The notes: generated by a model from the sequence alone, not told the origin. DNA of 64,000 bases from a virus (IMGVR_UViG_3300045988_104133:1-64000); one strand, 5' to 3'. Shown: positions 16,580 to 25,166, counted from the first letter of the stretch. Numbers and translations: made by a program.

Positions 16580-17107
16580 ATGGATAAGTTAGAATACATT
16601 CCAGGTGATTTGGTGAAGACAAACGGAGTACCACTAGGTACAGCTAAAGATGTCGTTTACAGAGTATCATCATCTGACCCATCAAAGACTTTGAAGTTAG
16701 ATGATGGAACAGTTCTGAAAGGTGTTGTCTGCTTAGAGAATATCGAAGGTGCGGAATTTGGAGATAAAGGCTATCTCTTAGGTGACTGCTGTGCTTGGGT
16801 TAAGGATATTGTTCCTATTAATCTTGTGCCCGCAATTTTGGAGAAGAATGGATGGGATAAATCCATAGGCTGGTTTTACGTTGGCGAAGAAGAGCGTGGC
16901 TATCAGTTTTCCAAGGAACTAGATGATAAATGGGATGAGCTTGATAGAATGACTTATGGTGACTTACAAATCTGTCAATGTCATAATCTTAGAGATTGGA
17001 GCTATATAAATGAATGTAATCACGATTTCCGTTTTGAGTTTACCTATGTTCACGAACTCCAACATTTATTATATGCCCTGCATATAGATAGTAACTTAAA
17101 AATATAA
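16580..17107 (+). CDS. Hypothetical protein
   Basis: 175-aa ORF. Confidence 0.55.
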   Translation: MDKLEYIPGDLVKTNGVPLGTAKDVVYRVSSSDPSKTLKLDDGTVLKGVVCLENIEGAEFGDKGYLLGDCCAWVKDIVPINLVPAILEKNGWDKSIGWFYVGEEERGYQFSKELDDKWDELDRMTYGDLQICQCHNLRDWSYINECNHDFRFEFTYVHELQHLLYALHIDSNLKI

Positions 17108-17111
17108 TGAT

Positions 17112-17732
17112 ATGCCAACAGGATTTACAGCACCAATATATGATGGTGAAGATATAACATTTGAGCAATTTGCAAATAGTTGCTTGCGTAACTTCGGTAT
17201 CTACCTAAGATTTGAAGGAAAATATCCTAACCTTAGTAGATACGAAATTCCAGACAAGATATATCCTAGTGATTACTATAAAAAGAAATACGAAGAGGCA
17301 AAAGCTGAGTACGAAAAGCATCTTGCATCCCCTAAGACAAAGGAAGAACTTGAAGCTGAGTATCTTTCTTATGTTAATGATGTAATCAAGGGAAATGAGG
17401 ATAGATTGAAAGAGAATGTAGCTCTCAAAAACAGATACAATGCAATGCTATCCAAAGTTAGAAGATGGACTCCACCATCCAAAGAATACGAGGGTGTTAA
17501 GGACTTTATGGAAAGTCAATTAATTGATAGTTTAGATTTTGATTGCCGCCATGTTTATGTGGAGAATATCATCCCTAAAGATGAGTGGGTTCAAAAACAA
17601 TCTAATCGCACTGATTTAATAAAGTCTATGAAGTATAATTTGGAGCAGTATAATAAATCTGTAGTTGCTGCCGAAAAGGATACTCAGTGGCTCAAAACAT
17701 TTTCAGAAAGCATAAAGAAAGTAACGGAGTAA
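17112..17732 (+). CDS. Hypothetical protein
   Basis: 206-aa ORF. Confidence 0.55.
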   Translation: MPTGFTAPIYDGEDITFEQFANSCLRNFGIYLRFEGKYPNLSRYEIPDKIYPSDYYKKKYEEAKAEYEKHLASPKTKEELEAEYLSYVNDVIKGNEDRLKENVALKNRYNAMLSKVRRWTPPSKEYEGVKDFMESQLIDSLDFDCRHVYVENIIPKDEWVQKQSNRTDLIKSMKYNLEQYNKSVVAAEKDTQWLKTFSESIKKVTE

Positions 17733-17765
17733 TAACCATCCGCAAAGGATATAAATAAATAGATT

Positions 17766-18023
17766 ATGACAGAAGAACAGTACAATGAAGTTATTTCTCT
17801 TGATAAGAGATTAAATGAGTTGAAAGGAGTGTATCATATGTTAGATAACAATGACACTCATCTTTCTTATTATAAGAAAGGTTACTTAGGTAATAGAGAT
17901 AGTCTTTGTAACCTTGAAGATTTGTCTCCTATAAAAGACATCTTGGCAAAGTATGAAAATATCATACGTCTTGAAGTCAAAGGAGAAATGGAGAGTATTA
18001 ATAAACAAATTAGTGAGATTTAA
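17766..18023 (+). CDS. Hypothetical protein
   Basis: 85-aa ORF. Confidence 0.5.
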   Translation: MTEEQYNEVISLDKRLNELKGVYHMLDNNDTHLSYYKKGYLGNRDSLCNLEDLSPIKDILAKYENIIRLEVKGEMESINKQISEI

Positions 18024-18033
18024 ATTATAGAGT

Positions 18034-18333
18034 ATGGAATGGAATAAAGTATCAGAAGTAGAAATTCCTTTTGGAGAAGAGGTAATTGCCTTTAACGAAA
18101 AGTGGATTGATGAGGATTTTAATCCTAATGGAACACGAGTAGGTTTTATGCAAGACGATGGTTTTGTATCTGCAACTTGGAATAATGAGCAGGATTGCTA
18201 TGATACTTGCTATGAAGAAGGAGACGACTACTACAAAGGTGTCTCAGGTATTCCAGGAATGGACGCATACCATAAACAGTTTGCAAAGCCAAACATGCCA
18301 ACGCATTGGATGAAAATGCCTACTCATCCTTAG
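18034..18333 (+). CDS. DUF551-like protein
   Basis: MEWNKVSEVEIPFGEEVIAF ... PTHWMKMPTHP fits the DUF551 pattern (W....P....vl ... thWmplP). Confidence 0.5.
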   Translation: MEWNKVSEVEIPFGEEVIAFNEKWIDEDFNPNGTRVGFMQDDGFVSATWNNEQDCYDTCYEEGDDYYKGVSGIPGMDAYHKQFAKPNMPTHWMKMPTHP

Positions 18334-18371
18334 TAAATAACCATCCTTTATAGAACATAAATATAAGTAAT

Positions 18372-18860
18372 ATGGAACAAATTTCATTAGAAAACAAAGT
18401 TAGTAATACTTTGAAATGGCTCGCAAATCAAATTGCGTGTACCCAAGTATATAAAAAGTGGGACGAAGAATTTAAAAAGGAAAGTCTCAATGATGCTTGG
18501 CAAAAAGTTCAAGAACAGTTTAAGAAAGATATTGATTGGAATGCTCTTACGGAAAGTCAGTGTAAGGCTTTGCATTTTGGAAGTTGGAAATCCGAAGAAG
18601 ATATTGAGGAAGAAATTTCTTGCTTACAATCTGCATTAGACAAGGGACACCTTACAAAGGAGGAATTTGATAAGAAGGTTGCCAACGAGAAAAATACTCT
18701 TGGACTTCGTTTGATTCCGCTATATCTCTACCCTTCATTGCCTATAGGTATTACCCTAACGTCTATTGGAGGAGAAGAGAGAGTTTTTGATGGCTCAAAC
18801 ATTAGTACTGATGTTAGATTTGGATGCCTTGCATGGGGTATTAAGCCGAAAAAAGATTAA
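18372..18860 (+). CDS. Hypothetical protein
   Basis: 162-aa ORF. Confidence 0.55.
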   Translation: MEQISLENKVSNTLKWLANQIACTQVYKKWDEEFKKESLNDAWQKVQEQFKKDIDWNALTESQCKALHFGSWKSEEDIEEEISCLQSALDKGHLTKEEFDKKVANEKNTLGLRLIPLYLYPSLPIGITLTSIGGEERVFDGSNISTDVRFGCLAWGIKPKKD

Positions 18861-18909
18861 TTAACCGCCCTCTCCTGTAAAATGGAGAGGGTAAAAAGAA
18901 AAGTAAGCA

Positions 18910-19032
18910 ATGAGAATATTATATGCAAAAATGTACCTCAATGGTATAATCGAAAATAACAAGGACAACCCAGATATGCAAAATGTTATTAAGCAGATTA
19001 AAAAGGCACTTAAAGAGTTGGAGGATGAGTAA
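18910..19032 (+). CDS. Micro-ORF (40 aa)
   Basis: ATG ORF filling the gap after the 8-bp hairpin CCCTCTCC/GGAGAGGG (18868-18891). Confidence 0.3.
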   Translation: MRILYAKMYLNGIIENNKDNPDMQNVIKQIKKALKELEDE

Positions 19033-19057
19033 GAAATAATATTTAATCAAAGTGATT

Positions 19058-19402
19058 ATGGATAAGAAGAAAGTTAAAGAGTTGATAGAGAAAACTATCC
19101 GTTTTACAAAAGCTACAGATGATGACTACATACAAGGAAATGTAAAAAGCCACATCATAAACACATTGCAGGTAGCTTTGAAGGAACTCTGTAGGTCAGA
19201 CTGGGTATCTGTTGAGGATGGGTTGCCACCTTATGGAGAAGAAGTCTTTGTAACAAGCAAGATGGCTCCTGATAATGTTTTCAAAAACAGAAGAGTGGAA
19301 AGCACTACCGTCCCAAAAGATGATAATGACTTCATTATCTTATGGGAAGGGAGAATGGCTCGTATCACTCATTGGAAACCTATTGATAAGTTGGAGGATT
19401 GA
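19058..19402 (+). CDS. DUF551 protein
   Basis: DWVSVEDGLPPYGEEVFV ... RITHWKPIDKLE. Confidence 0.6.
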   Translation: MDKKKVKELIEKTIRFTKATDDDYIQGNVKSHIINTLQVALKELCRSDWVSVEDGLPPYGEEVFVTSKMAPDNVFKNRRVESTTVPKDDNDFIILWEGRMARITHWKPIDKLED

Positions 19403-19404
19403 TA

Positions 19405-19607
19405 TGACAAAGCAAGAAGCAATGGCTTTCGCTATCAGCGTAGGAAAGCCGATAAGACATAACTCATTTTCAAAAGGTGAGTTTGTTCAATACAAAGGAA
19501 AGGAGTTAGTTGATGAAGAAGGAACTATCCTTCCTCAACAAGAGTTTTGGGCTATCCGTTCAGGTGGCTCTTGGGAGAATGGATGGGAAGAATATAAAAA
19601 TGATTGA
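19405..19607 (+). CDS. Hypothetical protein (weak DUF2829-like pattern)
   Basis: The internal ATG at 19405 follows the upstream stop. Sequence reads QEAMAFAISVGKPIRHNSF...WENGWEEY. Confidence 0.45.
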
Positions 19608-19609
19608 TT

Positions 19610-19774
19610 ATGACAAGAGAAGAATTACAAAATGAATTTGGCGATGCTGTCTGTGTATATTGTAACAAGAACATCATTCCAGAGCATAATCTTGGTATAG
19701 GTTGTCTTTGCGAAGGAAACTGGTGTGAGGAAGCACAAGATGGCTACGCAGCAGAAAATAACATAGAGTTGTAG
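19610..19774 (+). CDS. Cys-rich micro-protein (54 aa)
   Basis: AVCVYCNKN...GCLCEGNWC. The start overlaps the upstream stop region. Confidence 0.35.
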   Translation: MTREELQNEFGDAVCVYCNKNIIPEHNLGIGCLCEGNWCEEAQDGYAAENNIEL

Positions 19775-19782
19775 GATTGAGT

Positions 19783-20004
19783 ATGACAATAGAAAAACTT
19801 ATTCAGAAGGCTTATGAGTTCGAGAAAAAGAACGAAAGAATCACTTGGAAGCCAAATGATTTCCCAGAGGATATGAGCGAGATTAGTACTCTTGATGAGC
19901 TTGTATCAGAAGGAGATAACATGTATGATGCTTTGAAAGAAGCTTTGGAGTTAATTCACGATTTAGCGGTTGAGCTAGAATATAAAGACGCAGTGGAGGG
20001 TTAA
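19783..20004 (+). CDS. Hypothetical acidic protein
   Basis: ATG at 19783 is preferred to the TTG at 19777. Confidence 0.5.
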   Translation: MTIEKLIQKAYEFEKKNERITWKPNDFPEDMSEISTLDELVSEGDNMYDALKEALELIHDLAVELEYKDAVEG

Positions 20005-20006
20005 TT

Positions 20007-20408
20007 ATGGACAGAAATCAAGCTAAAGAATTTTATCCTATCTTGCAAGCTTTTGCTAAAGGAGAGGCAATTGAGTGTAGGACAAAGCCGAGTGCCGTAA
20101 AAGGTACAAGTGTTCCGAATGATTGGAAGGAAATGAAAGAGATTGAGTTTTGGAATAATACAGAGTACCGTGTTAAGCCAGAACCAAAGTACCGTCCATT
20201 CAAGGATGCAGAAGAGTGTTGGCAGGAGATGCTAAAACATCAGCCTTTTGGGTGGATAGTTGATAGAAGGAATGGAGTTATGTATCTTATCCGATGTTTA
20301 GAACATGTATCAGTATATACTTCAATACAGTATTCATTTAAAGATGCTTTTGATAAGTTTGCATTTGCTGACCTCGTTCCTTTTGGCGTAAAAGTGGAGG
20401 AGGAATAA
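20007..20408 (+). CDS. Hypothetical protein
   Basis: 133-aa ORF. Confidence 0.55.
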   Translation: MDRNQAKEFYPILQAFAKGEAIECRTKPSAVKGTSVPNDWKEMKEIEFWNNTEYRVKPEPKYRPFKDAEECWQEMLKHQPFGWIVDRRNGVMYLIRCLEHVSVYTSIQYSFKDAFDKFAFADLVPFGVKVEEE

Positions 20409-20411
20409 GTT

Positions 20412-20603
20412 ATGGCATGGGTAGCAGTAACAAAACAAGGAAGAGAATTTATCTCAATGTGTAAGCCAATAAGAGTGACGGATGAAGATAACTATTATGG
20501 TTGGAAAGATACATTTACTGAGATTTCTCTTTGTAGTGGTAGCATCAAGAAACTCATCGGAAGGGAATTATCTTGGGATGATGAACCGGTAGAATTAAAA
20601 TAA
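20412..20603 (+). CDS. Hypothetical protein
   Basis: 63-aa ORF, the last of this sub-block. Confidence 0.5.
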   Translation: MAWVAVTKQGREFISMCKPIRVTDEDNYYGWKDTFTEISLCSGSIKKLIGRELSWDDEPVELK

Positions 20604-20626
20604 AAAGGGGTAGTTGCCGCTACCCC
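20602..20626 (-). terminator. Hairpin GGGGTAG-TTGCCG-CTACCCC with T5 tract on the minus strand
   Basis: Stem 20607-20613 pairs with 20620-20626. A5 at 20602-20606 gives a U-tract only for minus-strand transcripts. Confidence 0.5.
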
Positions 20627-20639
20627 ACAAATAGGAAAT

Positions 20640-20759
20640 TTAATCGTCAACCCAAAAGGCTAGACAACCTCCGTGCTTAGGACGGATAATCTTACCATCC
20701 CTAACAACGTAAGGACGAAAGATTAGACGTTTCCCGTTTGTTTTTGAATCATTTGTCAT
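20640..20759 (-). CDS. Antisense-oriented micro-ORF (39 aa)
   Basis: Hand translation gives MTNDSKTNGKRLIFRPYVVRDGKIIRPKHGGCLAFWVDD. It lies between two minus-strand terminators. Confidence 0.35.
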   Translation of the reverse strand: MTNDSKTNGKRLIFRPYVVRDGKIIRPKHGGCLAFWVDD

Positions 20760-20830
20760 AATCAAACAATGTTAAGTTCACTACCATTCGATAGCTGGAA
20801 TACCGCAAAACCTCTAAACTGCGGTACACG

Positions 20831-20860
20831 AAAAAGCCCCTAAGCGGCAACTAAGGGGCT
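20831..20860 (-). terminator. Intrinsic terminator on minus strand (AGCCCCT.../...AGGGGCT plus T tract)
   Basis: 7-bp GC-rich stem 20835-20841 pairs with 20854-20860. The plus-strand A run at 20831-20835 gives a minus-strand U tract. Confidence 0.5.
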
Positions 20861-20953
20861 TTGTAAATCTCATTGCTGTTCCATTGTTTTATTTGTTAAT
20901 GTTTGGCTAGAGGTTTACCTTAACAGAGTTTGATACTCTAAATGATTCGAGTG

Positions 20954-20961
20954 CAAAGGTA
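20954..20961 (-). promoter_or_regulatory. Minus-strand -7 box TAccTTTG inside a plus-strand gene block
   Basis: Plus strand reads CAAAGGTA, an exact TAnnTTTG on the minus strand. Confidence 0.4.
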
Positions 20962-21039
20962 GTGATTATTTTAATAACAATAACAAAGTTAATAAAGTAA
21001 AAACAACAGTCTATTTAGACTTTATATAAACATATAAAT

Positions 21040-21429
21040 ATGAAAATAGAAAATATCAAGTTCAAGGCTAAACGTCTTGACGGAAAAGGATGGGTTTGCG
21101 GATATTTCTACGAAGAGAATGGTAATACATACATCATTGAGAATCGTCAGAAAGAAAGCAAGTTAAACAGAAATCCCACTTATCAGGTTGACCCTTCTAC
21201 CGTCTGCCAGTTCACAGGGTTGAAAGATAGTGAGGGAAAGGAGATTTGGGAAGGTGATATAGTGCATGACAGTTATGACCTTTTGTGTATAGACAATCTC
21301 TATAAGGTAGTTTATATTGAAGAAGAAGGAGCGTTTGCCTTCAAGAGTTTAGATAAAGTTGACAATTACGAGCCATTTGTTAATTTATTAGAAGCTTATG
21401 TTGTTGGCAATAAATTCGATAAGGAGTAG
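21040..21429 (+). CDS. YopX-family protein
   Basis: IKFKAKRLDGKGWVCGYFY...STVCQFTGLKDSEGKEIWEGDIV is the typical YopX pattern. Confidence 0.8.
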   Translation: MKIENIKFKAKRLDGKGWVCGYFYEENGNTYIIENRQKESKLNRNPTYQVDPSTVCQFTGLKDSEGKEIWEGDIVHDSYDLLCIDNLYKVVYIEEEGAFAFKSLDKVDNYEPFVNLLEAYVVGNKFDKE

Positions 21430-21432
21430 CGC

Positions 21433-21663
21433 ATGAAGAATAAGATTTTAGACTTAGCTAAGTCAGCCGGTTGGCTCGTTTTGATTTTCATAATAGGGGT
21501 AATTGGTTTTAGGATTTCTTTTAGCTTAGGAACTCCACACGAAAAAGAAGAGTTTAATATAAAAATATTCACCAAGAAAGGGCATGACTATCTGATAGTA
21601 GACACGAAACATGGTGTTTGCGTTGTTCACGCAGAGAGCTGCCCTTGTCATAAAAAGAAGTAG
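21433..21663 (+). CDS. Small membrane protein
   Basis: TM segment GWLVLIFIIGVIGFRISF. Confidence 0.5.
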   Translation: MKNKILDLAKSAGWLVLIFIIGVIGFRISFSLGTPHEKEEFNIKIFTKKGHDYLIVDTKHGVCVVHAESCPCHKKK

Positions 21664-21666
21664 CGT

Positions 21667-21963
21667 ATGGAAAATAATATGTTTGAAGATATTGTCGCTG
21701 AAGGCAATATAGTTGTGATAGATAATGATTGGATTGTGTTATGTAAGCATTGGAAACCAGAGTGTCACAATCTGTTCTGCTATCTTTATCTCCATAAGGA
21801 AGATAAGAATTTGATGGTAGGTTCTCATTTTACAATGACCGAGGATAAAAAGAAATCTACTCGGTTGGCTACCAACGAGGAGCGTCTTATGCTTTTTGAA
21901 GAAATGTTCAAGTATGGAATTGCTTTCGATAAGCACGACCATCATTTGATTGGAAAGTTATGA
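21667..21963 (+). CDS. Hypothetical protein
   Basis: 98-aa ORF. Confidence 0.5.
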   Translation: MENNMFEDIVAEGNIVVIDNDWIVLCKHWKPECHNLFCYLYLHKEDKNLMVGSHFTMTEDKKKSTRLATNEERLMLFEEMFKYGIAFDKHDHHLIGKL

Positions 21964-21985
21964 TAATTGTAAGATAAAATAGTGT

Positions 21986-23224
21986 ATGGAGAAACGAATA
22001 ATTTTAGACGAACAAGATATGAATGAGTTTACAAAGATTTTCGCAAAGACAATAGAAGATGAAGCTATCAAACAGATAGAAACCCTATCTAATAGCGAGG
22101 CTTACAATAGTTGTAAAATAAGAATAATGCCAGATTGCCATGCAGGTAAAGGATGCACTATTGGCACGGTAATAGAGCTTGATAACAGAGTAGTTCCTAA
22201 CACTGTTGGAGTAGATATAGGCTGCGGCATGAAAGTCGTAAGACTTGGTAAAGTTGATATTGACTTGCAGAAATTTGATGAAGAAGTCAATAAGTTGATT
22301 CCGTCTGGTTTTAATGTCAACGAGGGAGAAGTATCAGCCTACATAAACGGATTGGTTGATGGTTGTATGTTTGGCAAATTCCGTGCTTGGGATTGTCTTA
22401 CCAGCATGGAAATAGTATATCGTTCTGTTGGAAGTCTTGGCGGTGGCAATCACTTTATTGAGTTAGATGCAAATGAAGAAGGAGAGAAGTTTCTTGTGAT
22501 ACATACAGGAAGTAGAAACCTTGGTGTTAGGGTATGCAACTATTACCAAAAACTTGCCTACGAGTATTGTCGTAAGAAAATAGCTGATAAGTCTGAGGTT
22601 ATTGCCAAGTTGAAAAGCGAAGGAAGAGAAAAGGAAATACAGAGTGCTATCAAGTTGTTAGGTACTAGAAATATTAGCAAGGAACTTTCTTACTTGGAGG
22701 GCGATTTGCTTGATGATTACTTAAATGATATGCGTATAGTTCAGAAGTATGCCGAGCATAATAGAAGAATTATAGCTAACAGACTCGTCAATGCTCTAGG
22801 TGTGGATATTGACCCAAATTCAGACAAGCATTCTTTTACAACCATTCACAACTATATAGATACAGACAAGGGTATATTGCGAAAGGGAGCTATCAGTGCA
22901 AAAAAGGATGAGGTAGTCATTATCCCAATGAATATGCGTGATGGTTCTCTTATCTGCAAGGGAAAAGGTAACAAAGATTGGCTATGCTCTGCCCCTCATG
23001 GCGCAGGTAGATTAATGTCTCGTACACAGGCAAAGAAAGAGTTATCTATGGATTCTTACAAGAATGAAATGAATGGTATTTATTCCACATCAGTTTGTGA
23101 AGAAACCATTGACGAAGCACCTATGGCATATAAATCAACAGAAGAGATTGTTGAGCTAATAAAACCTACGGTTAATGTGATAGATGTTATTAAACCAATT
23201 TACAACTTTAAAGCAAAATTATAA
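21986..23224 (+). CDS. rtcB: RtcB-family 3'-phosphate RNA ligase
   Basis: MPDCHAGKGCTIGTV, GVDIGCGM, GGGNHFIEL, HTGSRNLG and SAPHGAGR are metal-binding and catalytic-His motifs of RtcB. Confidence 0.9.
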   Translation: MEKRIILDEQDMNEFTKIFAKTIEDEAIKQIETLSNSEAYNSCKIRIMPDCHAGKGCTIGTVIELDNRVVPNTVGVDIGCGMKVVRLGKVDIDLQKFDEEVNKLIPSGFNVNEGEVSAYINGLVDGCMFGKFRAWDCLTSMEIVYRSVGSLGGGNHFIELDANEEGEKFLVIHTGSRNLGVRVCNYYQKLAYEYCRKKIADKSEVIAKLKSEGREKEIQSAIKLLGTRNISKELSYLEGDLLDDYLNDMRIVQKYAEHNRRIIANRLVNALGVDIDPNSDKHSFTTIHNYIDTDKGILRKGAISAKKDEVVIIPMNMRDGSLICKGKGNKDWLCSAPHGAGRLMSRTQAKKELSMDSYKNEMNGIYSTSVCEETIDEAPMAYKSTEEIVELIKPTVNVIDVIKPIYNFKAKL

Positions 23225-23430
23225 TGAGCAAGGAAACATTTGACTTCTCGGAGGCTCTCAGAAGAATGAAGGAAGGAAAGAAAGTGAGAAGGGTAATTTG
23301 GAAAGAATGTGGAGCTTATATCCATATTGTCTCTGTGACTATTGTGGCTGTATGCGATGGCAAATTCTTTCCTTGTGTTTTCAAAGATTCTGAGGATATT
23401 CTAGCAAATGACTGGGAGGAGGTGGAATGA
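23224..23430 (+). CDS. DUF2829-family small protein (family that includes the Thoeris inhibitor Tad2)
   Basis: FDFSEALRRMKEGKKVRRVIWKECGAYIHI ... ILANDWEEVE fits the DUF2829 pattern (f.eAl.alk.GkkvrR..W ... DWe). Confidence 0.6.
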   Translation: MSKETFDFSEALRRMKEGKKVRRVIWKECGAYIHIVSVTIVAVCDGKFFPCVFKDSEDILANDWEEVE

Positions 23431-23684
23431 TGAAGATTAGGTTGGCAAAGAAGATAATGAGGCGCAATACGCCTTATTGGATATTTCGTTATCTCTGCCA
23501 TAATCGCATATTGTTACCAGGAGCTGGATATAAAAGACACCGCATCACAAAGGCGATGAGTTTAGTTGAACATTGGAATGCTCGTAGGTACAGAAACGAA
23601 GCGGCAAAGTTTAATAAAAAGAATCCGCTCAGTCCGAGAGACCTTCGTCGTAGTGTAGAAAGATTAAAACAGTACAGCGTATGA
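23427..23684 (+). CDS. Basic small protein
   Basis: 85-aa Arg/Lys-rich ORF with ATGA coupling. Confidence 0.45.
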   Translation: MMKIRLAKKIMRRNTPYWIFRYLCHNRILLPGAGYKRHRITKAMSLVEHWNARRYRNEAAKFNKKNPLSPRDLRRSVERLKQYSV

Positions 23685-23809
23685 AAGAAGAAAAATGTTG
23701 TGGTAACTGCCTTTGGATGGGACGCGAAGACATCTTAGGCAATGGATGGTGCTACAAAAAAGATTGCGAAACATCTTGTGATAAGGTTTGCAAGAAACAT
23801 GAATTTTAA
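23681..23809 (+). CDS. Cys-rich micro-protein (42 aa)
   Basis: Hand translation gives MKEEKCCGNCLWMGREDILGNGWCYKKDCETSCDKVCKKHEF. ATGA overlap with the upstream stop. Confidence 0.35.
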   Translation: MKEEKCCGNCLWMGREDILGNGWCYKKDCETSCDKVCKKHEF

Positions 23810-23824
23810 ACTTTAAATATTAAA

Positions 23825-24472
23825 ATGGAAAAGATCTACAGACATTTTAAAGGAGGTTATTACAGATTTATTACTGAGGTCACTAATAGTGAAACTCAGG
23901 AGAAGGAAGTTGTTTATCAGGCTCTCTATGGAGAGTGCAAGGTTTGGACTCGCCCTGCCGATATGTTCTACGGAAAGGTGAACGTTGATGGTGTGGAGAT
24001 TGATAGATTCACCGAGGTTGTTGGTGTGCCTGTTTTATTCAAAAAGACCAACGAGAACGCTATTATGCCAACTAAGGCGCACGATGATGATTTCTGCTAC
24101 GACTGCTATGCCGTATCAGAAGAAGAGGTTGCGCCTAACGTATGGAAATACGGTCTCGGATTTGCGCTACAGATTGAAAACCGAAACAAGCCTGCTGACA
24201 TTTCAAGATGCTTTACGTTCCGTCCTCGTTCTTCCGTATGGAAGACTGGTATGAGTCTCAGTAACTGTGAAGGCACTGTCGATGACCCATATACTGGAGA
24301 GATTTCTGCCGTATTCTATCACTTGTTTCCAAATATGCCAAGATATAAGGTTGGTGACAAAATCGTGCAATTCCACCTCGAAAAAAGTGACAACATCATG
24401 CTTATCGAGACGGACAAATTAAACAAAACAGAGCGCGGCGATAACGGCTACGGCTCTTCTGATAAAAAGTAA
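23825..24472 (+). CDS. dut: DUF1653 - dUTPase fusion protein
   Basis: The N-terminus YRHFKGGYYRF...VVYQALYGECKVWTRPADMF fits DUF1653. The C-terminus carries dUTPase motifs PRSSVWKTG, GTVDDPYTGE, GDKIVQ and RGDNGYGSS. Confidence 0.85.
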   Translation: MEKIYRHFKGGYYRFITEVTNSETQEKEVVYQALYGECKVWTRPADMFYGKVNVDGVEIDRFTEVVGVPVLFKKTNENAIMPTKAHDDDFCYDCYAVSEEEVAPNVWKYGLGFALQIENRNKPADISRCFTFRPRSSVWKTGMSLSNCEGTVDDPYTGEISAVFYHLFPNMPRYKVGDKIVQFHLEKSDNIMLIETDKLNKTERGDNGYGSSDKK

Positions 24473-24475
24473 TAC

Positions 24476-25105
24476 ATGAATATAACAGATGAACAGAAAA
24501 CGTATATAAAGGAACACCCTTACGAATCTCCTTACGCAATGGCCAAGAGCTTCGGTTGCGCAGTACAGACTGTTTACTGGTGGCTACATAGGCTGCATGG
24601 GGATTCGTTCAAGGACGAAAGAAAAGAGCAAAGAGAGAAGATCAGGGAATCTGTCCGTAAGCTGTATCCGGATTACTCTTCTTCTGAAATTTCCAAAGAG
24701 CTTGGAATAACAAAGTCATGTGTAACAAGCATAGCAAAGGCACTTGGCGTTACTCATACCCAGGAAACGGAAGAAAGACTTCGGTTGAAATGTGCTCAGG
24801 CAATAATAAGACCGGAGATAATAGCTAAACGTTCTGAATCTCTAAAAAAGACGCTGAGGCTTGACAGGTACAGAGCAACGAATGGAATAAAACAGAAGAC
24901 ACGACGCAAGTTCAAGACCATTCCGAGCAGATGTCTCTGTGCAAGGAACTATCTCTGCAATAAATACAACTACTTCTACGACAAAGATTACGGAGAGCTG
25001 CTTACCGTGTTCTACGACAGCGAAACCAAAATGTTGACAGAAGAGCAGCAGAAACACTACGAGACGAAGTATGGTATCAAGTTCCTCCAGGGAGCTGAAG
25101 AATAA
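24476..25105 (+). CDS. Putative DNA-binding protein with two HTH-like segments
   Basis: AMAKSFGCAVQTVYWWLHRL and SSEISKELGITKSCVTSIAKALGV. Last gene of the plus block. Its role (regulator or small terminase) is unresolved. Confidence 0.45.
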   Translation: MNITDEQKTYIKEHPYESPYAMAKSFGCAVQTVYWWLHRLHGDSFKDERKEQREKIRESVRKLYPDYSSSEISKELGITKSCVTSIAKALGVTHTQETEERLRLKCAQAIIRPEIIAKRSESLKKTLRLDRYRATNGIKQKTRRKFKTIPSRCLCARNYLCNKYNYFYDKDYGELLTVFYDSETKMLTEEQQKHYETKYGIKFLQGAEE

Positions 25106-25130
25106 TTTCTGTGCATTATCTATATGTTTA

Positions 25131-25166
25131 GGGGTGGCTACACATCGCGTGCGGTCACCCCTTTTT
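25131..25166 (+). terminator. Intrinsic terminator at the convergence of plus and minus blocks
   Basis: GGGGTGGC...GCGGTCACCCC hairpin followed by T5. Confidence 0.7.
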
